Shown one piece after another: positions 38,378-48,800 of a DNA stretch of 64,000 nt. A program made the position numbers and the translations under genes. This DNA comes from Desulfosudaceae bacterium (GTDB lineage: Bacteria > Desulfobacterota > Desulfobacteria > Desulfobacterales > Desulfosudaceae). The stretch is from positions 1,280,001 through 1,344,000 of the forward strand of contig CAXXDV010000003.1 of the NCBI GenBank assembly GCA_963674745.2, written 5' to 3'. The first letter of the stretch is position 1. Every line of letters starts with the position of its first letter. The notes under the pieces are model-generated. The model had not been told where the DNA came from and did no database searches. It saw nothing but the letters and a program-made list of their open reading frames with translations.

Positions 38378-41173
38378 GTGATGGAACGCCCTGTTTATGT
38401 TGACGACATGAATGACATGCGCTTACAAACGTCCGATCCCATGTCTCTCCTGGTTACGGCAGACCCGGAAACCGCGGACCGGGTCCGCAACAGCCTCAAG
38501 GCGACCGGTGTTGAGCCCGAAAGGGAAACATTGGCCCGGATGGTCAATGACGTAATTTACGGTCTTTCCATTGATACGTCACTCGGCAGGGCGATTACCG
38601 ACGGTTATTTGAAAATGATCGGCGCCGGTGTAAATGTGCGGAAAATGGGCGTTTACAGCCGTGTCGTTCATCGTGAGGGTGCGGTCAATACCACCTATGC
38701 CGTCATTATGGCCGGCAGCCTGGTTGATGTGCTGATATGGGGAGATGACGCTCTCTTTGACGCTTTTTCCCGGGCCGCCACGTTGTTTAAAAGCAAGTGG
38801 TTGTACGCCCTGGCACCGGAGCCGTTGAATGTGGTCTCCGAAATAATCGGCCCTGAAAACACATCAGCCGGCATGGCCTGGCTGGATTTTTTGTGTGATG
38901 TGTTTAATCATGACCTGACGTATAACCAGTTCCGGCGTTTTTCCGGTATTTTTCCTAAAACCATCCGTTCCTGGTCGGCCGATAAACGGTTCTGGCGGAT
39001 CAATCAGCTCCGAAGGGTTGTCCGGAGGGATTTCAATCTGGCCTGTATTTTTGTGGATGCGTTGAATCGTGAATTGTCACTGCTTGGCGAAGAAGGGCTG
39101 GAATCTTTTGTCTCAGAAGGTCTGGTACGATACAGCCGGGACGAAACCAGGGGGACAAAATTTCTGGGTTTGTCCACGCGATCCGCGGTTGAAGCCTGTC
39201 AGGGCCTGCGCACAACAGGTGTTCTGTCGCTGAACCGACGGCAGCTGATATCATACCTTCAGGCAAGATGCGGAAATCCTTTACCGGTTCGTCCGATATC
39301 CGTCATCGATAAATTGTTGCCCGACATGAAAGACCGGCAGACGCTGGCCGGTTTTGACGGTCGAACGATTTATCTGGCCGATGAGATCAGCCATTTTAAC
39401 GGCCACCGGGAAAACGATTTCCTCTACAAGGCCCTGGCGTGGATTGAGGCCGGTTTGTTTGAGTTCGGCACCTTTGATTTTGATCTTGAAAAAGTCGCGG
39501 CCCTTTGCCCCGACGCCGGTCTTCTGAAAAACATTGACCATAATGAGATGACCGATATGGAGCGTTTTTTCCTTTCCTTTTCCGATTCCCGGATCGCCCG
39601 CGATCTGTTTACCGTTTTTGAGTATGGTCGGGTACGCACACTTCTGGAAAATGTTTATCCGGGCGGGGCCGGACGCTATTTTCCCCCGCTCCGGAAGGAG
39701 GCGCAAAAACTGTGGGAATCGGCTTCACAACGCAATCTGATGACGTTTTTATATAACCGGATCGCCTTACAAGCCGATACGGCCCAGTGGGCAGGCAAAT
39801 GCATTCACGCGCCAACGGCTTCGAAAATTGTGGCTATTTTTAATAACCTTACGGCCGGTGCCGGGAATGTCGAAGCCAGTGCCCAAGGCGTGCTTCGTGT
39901 TCTGACCGAAACAGGAAGTGATATCTTTCGAGACCGGCTGAACTACACGCCAATGGTAACACCGTTCGGCCTGAAGGTCCGACCTGAGCTGTTTCACGCC
40001 GCCTTTGCCGCCTATGAGAAACAGGCCGGAGCGTTAAAGGAAAAAATCGCCCGCATGTCCGGTAAATCCGTCTACAAAGCGGAAATTCGAAAACGGCTGA
40101 TCGAACAGAACGGGTTAATATCCGCCGATGACATACACGAGATGGTCCACGACGTCAGAAAAAAAGACGGCGGGGCTGATCCGGATAACGGCGGAGAATT
40201 CCTCTTAAACGATATCGATATCGAGGCGCTTTACGCCGACAGTGGTGTGAGATCGCCTGCCACAGATACTTTCCGTGGCCAGGTCTTCCGGTATCACGAG
40301 TGGGACCGGAACATCGGTGATTATCTGGCTGATCATGTCCTGGTCCGTCAAAGAGCCACTATTTCCGGAGACTCGGATTTTTACCAGGCCACATTGTCTA
40401 AAAACAGCGGCCTGGTTAAAAAAATCAGATACGCGTTTGAAATGCTGAAACCCGAGGGTATCGCGATTCTGCGCAAGTGGCGGGAAGGAGATGATTTTGA
40501 CTACCGCCAGCTCCTGGAATACGCTGTTGATAAAAAATCCGGAAGAACGCCTTCCGACCGGATTTATATCAAACGATTGAAACAGGAACGCGATGTGGCG
40601 GTATTGCTGCTGCTTGATTTTTCCCGGTCAACTTCCAACAATGTGGCCGGTTCGGAAACAACCATGGTGATGGATGTTGAAAAAGAAGCGCTGGTTCTTT
40701 TCTGCGAAGCGTTAAAGGTGACCGGAGACAAATTCGCCATTGCCGGATTCTCGGGAACCGGTCGTCTCGGCGTTGATTATTTTCCGGTTAAGTCTTTTGA
40801 AGAACCTGTCAGCGGTGACGTGGAACAACGAATCGGTATCGTCAGTCCGCAACGGAATACCCGCATGGGCGCTGCGGTCCGACATGCGACAGCAGCCTTT
40901 TCAGATATAACCGCCAGGACAAAATTGCTGATTATTATCAGTGACGGTTTTCCCAACGATATTGATTACAAACGTGATTACGCACTGGCCGACACGCGAC
41001 GCTCGCTCCTGGAAGCCAGAACACAGGGTATTATTGTTCACAGCATTACCATTAACATTGCCGGTGATGCCCGCCTTGATGAACTGTATGGAAGGGTTCG
41101 CCACAGTGTTATCTCAGACGTGCGTGAACTGCCGGACAGGTTGATACGGATATACGGGCGTCTTACAGGATAG
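38378..41173 (+). CDS. NorD/CbbO-like VWA-domain adaptor with a long N-terminal extension
   Basis: YHEWD..Y, EGDDFD, MIDAS DFSRST, NTRMGAAVRHA, ISDGFP. Confidence 0.85.
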   Translation: MMERPVYVDDMNDMRLQTSDPMSLLVTADPETADRVRNSLKATGVEPERETLARMVNDVIYGLSIDTSLGRAITDGYLKMIGAGVNVRKMGVYSRVVHREGAVNTTYAVIMAGSLVDVLIWGDDALFDAFSRAATLFKSKWLYALAPEPLNVVSEIIGPENTSAGMAWLDFLCDVFNHDLTYNQFRRFSGIFPKTIRSWSADKRFWRINQLRRVVRRDFNLACIFVDALNRELSLLGEEGLESFVSEGLVRYSRDETRGTKFLGLSTRSAVEACQGLRTTGVLSLNRRQLISYLQARCGNPLPVRPISVIDKLLPDMKDRQTLAGFDGRTIYLADEISHFNGHRENDFLYKALAWIEAGLFEFGTFDFDLEKVAALCPDAGLLKNIDHNEMTDMERFFLSFSDSRIARDLFTVFEYGRVRTLLENVYPGGAGRYFPPLRKEAQKLWESASQRNLMTFLYNRIALQADTAQWAGKCIHAPTASKIVAIFNNLTAGAGNVEASAQGVLRVLTETGSDIFRDRLNYTPMVTPFGLKVRPELFHAAFAAYEKQAGALKEKIARMSGKSVYKAEIRKRLIEQNGLISADDIHEMVHDVRKKDGGADPDNGGEFLLNDIDIEALYADSGVRSPATDTFRGQVFRYHEWDRNIGDYLADHVLVRQRATISGDSDFYQATLSKNSGLVKKIRYAFEMLKPEGIAILRKWREGDDFDYRQLLEYAVDKKSGRTPSDRIYIKRLKQERDVAVLLLLDFSRSTSNNVAGSETTMVMDVEKEALVLFCEALKVTGDKFAIAGFSGTGRLGVDYFPVKSFEEPVSGDVEQRIGIVSPQRNTRMGAAVRHATAAFSDITARTKLLIIISDGFPNDIDYKRDYALADTRRSLLEARTQGIIVHSITINIAGDARLDELYGRVRHSVISDVRELPDRLIRIYGRLTG

Positions 41174-41178
41174 AATGA

Positions 41179-41598
41179 ATGATTATTTATAATGATATAT
41201 ACAGCTGGGAGGGCCTGGGCCGGAGATTCGGTCTGGCTGTCGGGAAAATCCGGTTGCGTATCTTTAACCTGAACGAGGGCGATAACGCTGATATCCTGCA
41301 TCTGCGTCCGATTATCGTGGTTGTTTCCGATGTTCCGGGGGAAAAGATTTCCGTTAAAGGTTGGGCCGGGCCCCTGGCCAGTTATATTGTCAATACGTTT
41401 GACATCAATCATCATCGGATGCTCTGGGTGGAATTTTATCCGGCTGTTGAATACGGCAAGCGTAAAATCAAGCATATTCAAGAAAAATTCGAAGCTGTGG
41501 ATTTTGACTGGGAAGCGGGCAGGGCGGTAAGACCCCGCTGGCGGGATCTTACCGCGCCCCTGCTGGATACGGTCCGGGAACTGGTATATACATCCTGA
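41179..41598 (+). CDS. Conserved-looking hypothetical protein
   Basis: 139-aa ORF 5 nt after the VWA gene (YSWEGLG..FGLA.GK.RLRIF; RMLWVEFYP). Confidence 0.65.
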   Translation: MIIYNDIYSWEGLGRRFGLAVGKIRLRIFNLNEGDNADILHLRPIIVVVSDVPGEKISVKGWAGPLASYIVNTFDINHHRMLWVEFYPAVEYGKRKIKHIQEKFEAVDFDWEAGRAVRPRWRDLTAPLLDTVRELVYTS

Positions 41599-41631
41599 CA
41601 CGGACCAGGCGTATTATGTCGCGATAAAAAA

Positions 41632-43500
41632 ATGAAAGGATTAAGACCGGTGCCGCAAAAATTTCTTTTTCCGGGTGTTGTCTCCGTCGCCTTCATAATG
41701 ATTTCCAAATACGCCTTTGCCCATTCGTCAGCCCCGGGACCAGTTCCAACTGAAATATCCTGGTCGCTGCTGGTTGTCGGCCTGTTCGGCGGCCTGGCGC
41801 TGTTTCTTTACGGACTGGAAAAGATGAGCGACGGGCTGAAGCTGGCTGCCGGTCATCAGATGCGTGTCATTTTAGCCGCTCTGACCAGCAACCGCCTGCT
41901 TGCCATGCTGGTAGGGGCGTTCATCACCATGGTTATTCAGTCCAGCAGCGCCACCACGGTTTTGCTGGTCAGTTTTGTCCAGGCGGAGCTGATGACATTT
42001 GCCCGCTCGTTGGGGGTAATTCTGGGCGCGGATATCGGCACCACCATCACCGCCCAGCTGATCGCGTTCAAGCTGGCGGATTACGCCCTGCTGGTTATTG
42101 CCGCCGGCGTCTGTACGCGCATGATGGCCGGAAGGAAGCTGATTAAAACCTTTGGCGACATTCTTCTCGGGTTCGGCATTCTTTTTTTCGGCATGAAAAT
42201 CATGAGTGACGCCATGGCACCGTTAAGCACCGACGCGGACCTGATCAATCTGCTTTACAGCCTGGAAAACCCCTTGCTGGGTTTGCTGGTAGGCATTGTG
42301 TTTACCGCCGTTATTCAAAGCAGCAGTGCTTTTACCGGGATACTGATTGTCCTGGCCCAGCAGCAACTGATTACGCTGGAAGCCGGTATCCCCATGGTAC
42401 TGGGGGCCAACATCGGTACCTGTATCACAGCCGGCCTGGCCACTATCGGTATGTCCAGAGACGCCAAACGGGTCGCCCTGGGGCACGTTCTTTTCAAAGT
42501 TGCGGGCGTGTTGTTATTCATTTTCTGGATCCCGGCCTTTGCCGAGTTGATCCATCACCTGACGTTTTACATGAGTGCTGATCCGGGAAGGGAGATCGCC
42601 AATGCGCATACGGTTTTCAACGTCGGAATGGCATTGGTTTTCCTGCCGTTTACGACAATCTTTGCCGTACTGATTCAAAAAATTATTCCGGACAGGCCCG
42701 AGTCCCGCATTACCAAGGAGATGGTAACCTGGTATCTTGATGAAAAGAGTATTCAGACCCCGGAGATGGCGATCGGCCTGGCCAGGACTGAAATCTCCAG
42801 AATAGCCAAGCTGCTTGAACGCATGTTGCGCGCGGTCATTATCCCCTTTATATCTGATGAACGGTTTATTGCCGATGAGATCAAGGAAAAAGACGAAGCC
42901 GCCCTGTTTAAAAGGGAAATCCCCAAACAGGACGAAATTTTTCCTGATCTGACCCTGTTGGAAGGGCTCGATATGCGGGAAAAAAAGATTGATTTTCTGG
43001 AAGAAAAAATCGGTGATTATCTGAACCGGGTACTGCAGCAAGATGTAGATGAAAATATTATCAAGGAGGCCATGGGCATGATGTCCATTGCCAAAGACAT
43101 GGAAGCCATCGGTGACCTGATTCATCGCAATATCATGCCGCTGATTGCCAAAAAGCGGGAGTTGACTGAAGACTTTTCCATAGAAGGGAAAGAAGAGCTG
43201 ATGATCTACCATCAAAAGGTCTGTAACCATATCCGGCTGTTAAAAGAAGCCTTTGCCGAAACTTCGCCGGACCGGTCCTGCCGCATCATGGGACAGGAGC
43301 GTATTTACCTGGATCTTGAATCCAAATACCGGCTGCAGCACCTTCACCGGGTGCAACTCCAGAAAAAAGAATCCCTGGCTACCCATGAAGTTCACATGGA
43401 ACTGCTGGATCTTTTAAAACAGGTCGTGGTGTATTCTTCCAATATTGCCCTGACCTTTTCACAGGTTTGCATGGACACGACGGTGGGAACATCTTCTTAG
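41632..43500 (+). CDS. Na/Pi cotransporter family protein with PhoU-like C-terminus
   Basis: GGLALFLYG, QSSS twice, GADIGTT/GANIGT, IANAHTVFN, KDMEAIGD. Confidence 0.92.
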   Translation: MKGLRPVPQKFLFPGVVSVAFIMISKYAFAHSSAPGPVPTEISWSLLVVGLFGGLALFLYGLEKMSDGLKLAAGHQMRVILAALTSNRLLAMLVGAFITMVIQSSSATTVLLVSFVQAELMTFARSLGVILGADIGTTITAQLIAFKLADYALLVIAAGVCTRMMAGRKLIKTFGDILLGFGILFFGMKIMSDAMAPLSTDADLINLLYSLENPLLGLLVGIVFTAVIQSSSAFTGILIVLAQQQLITLEAGIPMVLGANIGTCITAGLATIGMSRDAKRVALGHVLFKVAGVLLFIFWIPAFAELIHHLTFYMSADPGREIANAHTVFNVGMALVFLPFTTIFAVLIQKIIPDRPESRITKEMVTWYLDEKSIQTPEMAIGLARTEISRIAKLLERMLRAVIIPFISDERFIADEIKEKDEAALFKREIPKQDEIFPDLTLLEGLDMREKKIDFLEEKIGDYLNRVLQQDVDENIIKEAMGMMSIAKDMEAIGDLIHRNIMPLIAKKRELTEDFSIEGKEELMIYHQKVCNHIRLLKEAFAETSPDRSCRIMGQERIYLDLESKYRLQHLHRVQLQKKESLATHEVHMELLDLLKQVVVYSSNIALTFSQVCMDTTVGTSS

Positions 43501-43625
43501 CGTCCCAACCGGGCACGGCCCGGAACCAAACCGGAAAGTAACATGAGCCGGTTTGTGGATTAAAAAGTTTTAGTGTTTTAAGGTTTTAGGGTTTTAACTG
43601 ACCGTCCGTACTGTGTGTCTCGGAC

Positions 43626-43649
43626 GTAGGGGCGACCTGCCGGTCGCCC
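43626..43649 (+). repeat. GTAG-type REP-like palindrome
   Basis: GTAG followed by the hairpin GGGCGACC-TGCC-GGTCGCCC, between convergent genes. Confidence 0.6.
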
Positions 43650-43744
43650 GTAAACACTGTCGTTAACACTGACGTTTTTCGTTTGTTTAAGACACGGATT
43701 TCACGGATTTTATGGATGAATTCTTTTTTTATAGATGCCACGGA

Positions 43745-44929
43745 TTACTGATAGGCCTGTTTCAATACCTCCAGCGCGTCCTCATATTCCAGCTCTTCCG
43801 GATTAAATGTCAGGGCCGGATCATCGATGCTGAGCCGTGCGATGGTCTCAAGGGCACTTTCTGAAACCCCCGCCTCCTTGAGTGTCATGGGAAGCCCGCA
43901 TAAATCCCGCAGTTCTCGCCTTAATTGACGCACAAGCTCGATCAGCCTCCGGGCCCGATATTTTGCGGGGGTTTTGACATATTCATCCTCACCGCCAAAA
44001 GGCAGCAGCATTTCTGCCAGGTAGGGCTCAATTTTTTTCATGTTGTATTCCAGGCCGAAGGGCAGAAAAATTGACATGGCAACACCGTGGGGCACATGGC
44101 AGACGCCGCCGGTGGCATGCCCCAGGGAGTGAATCATGCCGGTCATGGAATTTGAAAATGCGGCTCCGGCCATGGTGGCTGCATTGGCCAGGGCCAGCCT
44201 TCCGTTTTCATCATCTCCGTTTTTAACGACCCGGACCAGATGTTCTTTGACCATTTTAATGGCGGCATGGGCGTATGCGTCGCTCATGGGATTTTTCTGG
44301 ATGCAGGTGTAAGCTTCCATGGCATGTGTCAACGCATCCATGGCAGTGGCAGCGGTAATATGGGGCGGCATGGTAATGGTCATTCGCGGGTCCAGAATAG
44401 TGGCCGAAGCGATGAGTTTTTGAGAAACAAACGGCATCTTTATGTTTTTTTCCGTGTCCGCGATCACCGCGGCCAGGGTGACTTCCGATCCCGTACCACT
44501 GGTGGTCGGGATGGCGATAAACGGCCGCATGGGCCTGGTCAACATATCCGCACCCATGAAATCACTCAGCTTTTCCGAATCCTCGCTGATGACGATATTG
44601 ACCCCCTTGGCTGTGTCCATGGGAGAGCCACCGCCAACGGCGACAAAGGAGTCGCAGTTGTTCTCTCTGTATACAGCCGCGATTTCAGTGACCAGCTTCA
44701 GGGATGAATCCGGCGGCACATCATCAAATATGGCACCGATGGTCATTTCGGAACTCTTGAAAGCGTTTTTTACATGGTCGACCAGCCCGGCTGCAACAAC
44801 CCCCTTGTCGGTGATGATAATCGGTCTTTTGGCACCGAAAAAGCGGAGCTCGTAGGGCAGGTTGTCAAGGGCTTTTTTACCGGAAATAATCTTGCATGAA
44901 TTGTAGAACTCATAATATGACGGCAACAT
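43745..44929 (-). CDS. Iron-containing alcohol dehydrogenase
   Basis: GGGSPMDTAK, PTTSGTGSEVT, DALTHAME, HSLGH, PHG. Confidence 0.93.
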   Translation of the reverse strand: MLPSYYEFYNSCKIISGKKALDNLPYELRFFGAKRPIIITDKGVVAAGLVDHVKNAFKSSEMTIGAIFDDVPPDSSLKLVTEIAAVYRENNCDSFVAVGGGSPMDTAKGVNIVISEDSEKLSDFMGADMLTRPMRPFIAIPTTSGTGSEVTLAAVIADTEKNIKMPFVSQKLIASATILDPRMTITMPPHITAATAMDALTHAMEAYTCIQKNPMSDAYAHAAIKMVKEHLVRVVKNGDDENGRLALANAATMAGAAFSNSMTGMIHSLGHATGGVCHVPHGVAMSIFLPFGLEYNMKKIEPYLAEMLLPFGGEDEYVKTPAKYRARRLIELVRQLRRELRDLCGLPMTLKEAGVSESALETIARLSIDDPALTFNPEELEYEDALEVLKQAYQ

Positions 44930-44975
44930 GGCTGGCTCCTAAAGTTTGTTGATTATTTTCGTTAGCATATCGGTA

Positions 44976-45593
44976 TCAGGTTGACCGCAGGATGTGTCCG
45001 GGCAGACCAAGGGCGATATCCGTCATGATCATCAGGCGGATAAGTTGTTTTTTCAATCCCATTCGCGGGGGGCGTTTCATCAGTGAGGCATAAACAAATC
45101 TGGGGTAAAGGTGGGCCAAAAGGATGTTCAGGCATCTTGAAAAAGACATTACCCTGGCCAGATTGCCTCTGACCAGCAGGCGCCTTTCCGCATAAGCCTG
45201 GGGCGTTCCCATCTGAGGCGTTAACGCCAGAAAAGCCGATTCGATGTTTTTAAAATTCACGATAAGATCAATGTCCTGTAGCTTTATGTTGCCGGATTCC
45301 CCCCCATTGCCTTTTACTTCCCGCTCTTTGATATCGTTTTTTCTGTCCTTTATCCTGACCCCCCGATAGCAGAATTTACCGGCGGTTTTCTCAAATGTCA
45401 TATAAGGGCCGAAGGGGAGCACGTTCATCATCATGGTAAAACCGTTGTCCCAGGTGTCGATTTCCTTTTTAATATCCGGATCTCGTCTGGCTGCCGATTC
45501 TAAAGCCGTGCCCATAAAGAGAAAAACCGATTTAACAATGACTTCTTTAATCCATTTCCTCCCGGGCTTGATCGGCAGATAGGGATTAGCCAT
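44976..45593 (-). CDS. Hypothetical protein, possibly SCP2-like lipid-binding fold
   Basis: DLIVNFKN..AF....QAYAERRLLVRGNL resembles the SCP2 C-terminal motif; GGAG RBS; co-oriented with the ADH. Confidence 0.5.
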   Translation of the reverse strand: MANPYLPIKPGRKWIKEVIVKSVFLFMGTALESAARRDPDIKKEIDTWDNGFTMMMNVLPFGPYMTFEKTAGKFCYRGVRIKDRKNDIKEREVKGNGGESGNIKLQDIDLIVNFKNIESAFLALTPQMGTPQAYAERRLLVRGNLARVMSFSRCLNILLAHLYPRFVYASLMKRPPRMGLKKQLIRLMIMTDIALGLPGHILRST

Positions 45594-45742
45594 CAGTCGC
45601 TCCTTTCAATTGTTAACGATGGTCGGTATGGGTATCATTTCGGGCGGGAAATCCCGCTGAACGATTACTGAAAGTTTTAAAATTCATAGCATTAACGACC
45701 AGTTGTGTCAAGACGCAATGTCTGGACAGGCGCGGGGATATA

Positions 45743-45772
45743 TTGACAATAATTCACGGTCTGCGATATAAG
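45743..45772 (+). promoter_or_regulatory. Possible sigma70 promoter of the PKS-like gene
   Basis: TTGACA-18 nt-TATAAG, about 85 nt before ATG 45858. Confidence 0.45.
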
Positions 45773-45857
45773 AATAAAACTCAGGGGCCAGGGGCAAAGA
45801 GAAAACATGATATGGTGAACAAGACCATCAATTTTTAAAAGCCAGGTTGAATACAAA

Positions 45858-48800
45858 ATGCCGAAACTCGAACCAATAGCTATTGTCGGAATGGGCGGGG
45901 TTTTTCCCGGTGCGTTAAGCACTGATGCTCTCTGGCAGAACATTGTCAACCGGATAGACGCGATCACCGATATCCCGGATCATCGCTGGGTTGTCAGCCC
46001 GGCGGAGGTCTACAGCCGGGAATTCGCCATAGATAAAACCTATTCCAGAAGAGCCGGGGTGGTTGACCTTGACTTTGACGGCAATGGCTTTGAAATCGAC
46101 GCATCCCTGCTTGAGCGCCTTGACCCGTTATATCATTACACACTTACAGCGGCCAGGGAGGCTTTTTCCGGATGCCGCTTATCATCGATTATCCGCAACC
46201 GGACCGGGGTGGTGCTGGCGGCTATCGCGCTCCCGACCGAAGGCTCTTCAGCCTTTGCCAACCGTATTATCGGCCGCCAACTGAGCCGGAAAATGTTCGG
46301 CGAAAAGGCTTTGAATGACACCGGCCGGTTGTCGCAAACCGACCTGATATCCGCCAGGGTAACCAGTCAGCCGGCATCTCTGCTGGCCAAGGCCTTTCGG
46401 CTGGGCGGCGGATCTTATACGCTTGATGCCGCCTGTTCGACGTCCTTGTATGCCGTAAAACTGGCCTGCGACGAGTTGGCGGCGGGGCGGGCAGACGCCA
46501 TGATCGCCGGGGGTGTTTCCAGACCCGAGATACTTTACACCCAGGTCGGGTTTACCCAGTTAAGGGCCCTGTCGCAGTCCGGTTGCTGCCGGCCTTTTGA
46601 CGCTCAAGCCGATGGCCTTGTGGTCGGCGAAGGAAGCGGTATTTTCGTATTAAAACGGTTAAGTGACGCCCTTCGGGACAAGGAGCATATTTTTGGTTTG
46701 ATCCGTGGTATCGGTTTGTCCAATGACATCGGCGGCAATCTGCTGTCGCCTGAAACCGAGGGCCAGTTACGGGCCATGCGAACGGCTTATAAACATGCCG
46801 GCTGGTCGCCCCGTGATGTCGATTTTATCGAATGCCATGGAACCGGCACACCGGTTGGTGATGCTGTTGAACTGGCCAGCATGCGTTCGCTGTGGGGCGA
46901 ATCCGGCTGGACCGCCGGACAATGTCCGATCGGTTCCGTCAAATCCATGGTAGGGCATCTGCTGACGGCTGCCGGGGCGGCCAGCATGGTTAAGACATTG
47001 CTGGGATTCAAGCATCGAACCATACCGCCTTCCGCCAATTTTTCGGCACCGGGAAAAAACAGCCCCCTCACCGATGGCCCCTTCCGGGTTCAAACCCGGG
47101 CCGAGGAATGGAAGCCCGAAAAACCGGGTGACCCTTTGCGGGCGGCTGTCAGTTCTTTTGGATTCGGCGGCATCAACGCCCATATTCTCCTGGAAGAATG
47201 GATCGAAAGGGAAGACAAAGACTATACCGCTATTGAAATTTCGGATGTACAAATTGTGAACGGTGACGCCCCTGAAACACCACCCGACATTGCCGTTGTC
47301 GGCATGGAAGCAATTTTCGGACAACTTGATAATTTACGCAGGTTCCAGGAGGCCGTGCTTCGTGGCGACAGCCTTTTCACAAAACGTCCCCGCGAACGCT
47401 GGCGGGGATGTGAAGAAACAGCCAAACAGTTTATCGATACTGATATTAACAGAGGGGTTTTTGTTGATGAAGTTTCTGTCCTGATCGGCGAATACCATAT
47501 ACCCCCCAATGAAATTGATCATATCCTGTGCCAGCATCTACTGGCCTTAAAAGCCTGCCGTCAGGCGCTGATTGACGCGGGACTGCCCCTGCGGGAAGAG
47601 CGCCCCGCCATGGGGGTCGTGATCGGTATGGACTTTGACGCCCAGGCGAATGATTATCATTTCCGATGGAATCTTTCCAATGAGTTTGATAAATGGCGAC
47701 AACGTTATGACCTGACACCCTCTCCGGAACAATACCGGGAATGGATTGAATCGGTGAAGGATGCCTGGTCCCCGCCATTGATCGCCTCCAGGGTCATCGG
47801 GGCGCTGGGGGGGATTATGGCCAGCAGGATCGCCAAGCAGTTTCAATTGGGCGGCCCCGGTTTTGTTGTTTCCTGTGAATCGGCGTCCGGATTGCGCGCC
47901 CTTGAAATCGGCAGCCGTTCTCTGCAACTTTTTGAAACCGATACCTTCCTGGTGGGGGCGGTGGATCTGCCCGCTGATGTCCGCCGGGTCATAATGGATG
48001 ACGCTTCCCGTCCTTACAGCAGGGCGGGGAAGGTGCGTCCCTTTGATGCTCAGGCCGACGGCACCCTGCCGGGAGAGGGCGCAACGGCTCTGGTGTTAAA
48101 ACGTCTGGATGATGCCCTATCGGACGGTAATCGTATTTATGCCGTTATCAAGGGGTTCGGCAGTGCCAACAGCCGGGACGTGCTGGAAGACCAATCCGAT
48201 GCCTACGCTTCGGCGCTTGCCAAAGCCTACAGGGTTTCTCTGGACCGGGCGTTTAGCGACGCCGGCGTGGAAGCAGCGGATATTTCGTTTTTCGAAACAA
48301 ACGGCAGTGGAAACCCGCAAGAAGACGATATCGAAGCCACGGTTCTCGGGGACTATTTCGCCGGAGCCGAATCCGGCCAAAAGAAACAATGCGCGCTGGG
48401 TTCCGTTAAATCGATTATCGGTCATACCGGGGCGGCTGCCGGACTGGCTGCGTTTGTCCGGACAAGCCTGTGCCTGTATCAACAGATGATTCCGCCCATG
48501 ACTAATTTTATCTCACCGTCGCAGGCGTGGTTAGAAAATACGTTTTTTCATGTGCCCCATTTTCCGTATTACTGGCTTCGCAACAGAATCGACGGCCTCC
48601 GTAAAGCCTGTACCGGCGTCATCACCCGTGACGGGGTTTGCATGCATGTTATCAGCGAAGAATACGACCATTCGGGGAACACATCGACCCGGGTTCATGA
48701 GCAAATTGATATTGAGCGCAGAAAACCACTCGGGTTTCGACCGGGAGCCCCCGGCCTGTTTATCGTTGAAGGAAACAATAATCATGAGTTGATTCAAAGG

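Noticed and set aside
37535..41173. Denitrification or carbon fixation inferred from norQ/norD-like genes
   Set aside because: No catalytic nor or RuBisCO genes in the window, so gene symbols were withheld.
43560..43720. CRISPR array
   Set aside because: The repeats are 6-9 bp without unique ~30-40 bp spacers, and there are no cas genes.
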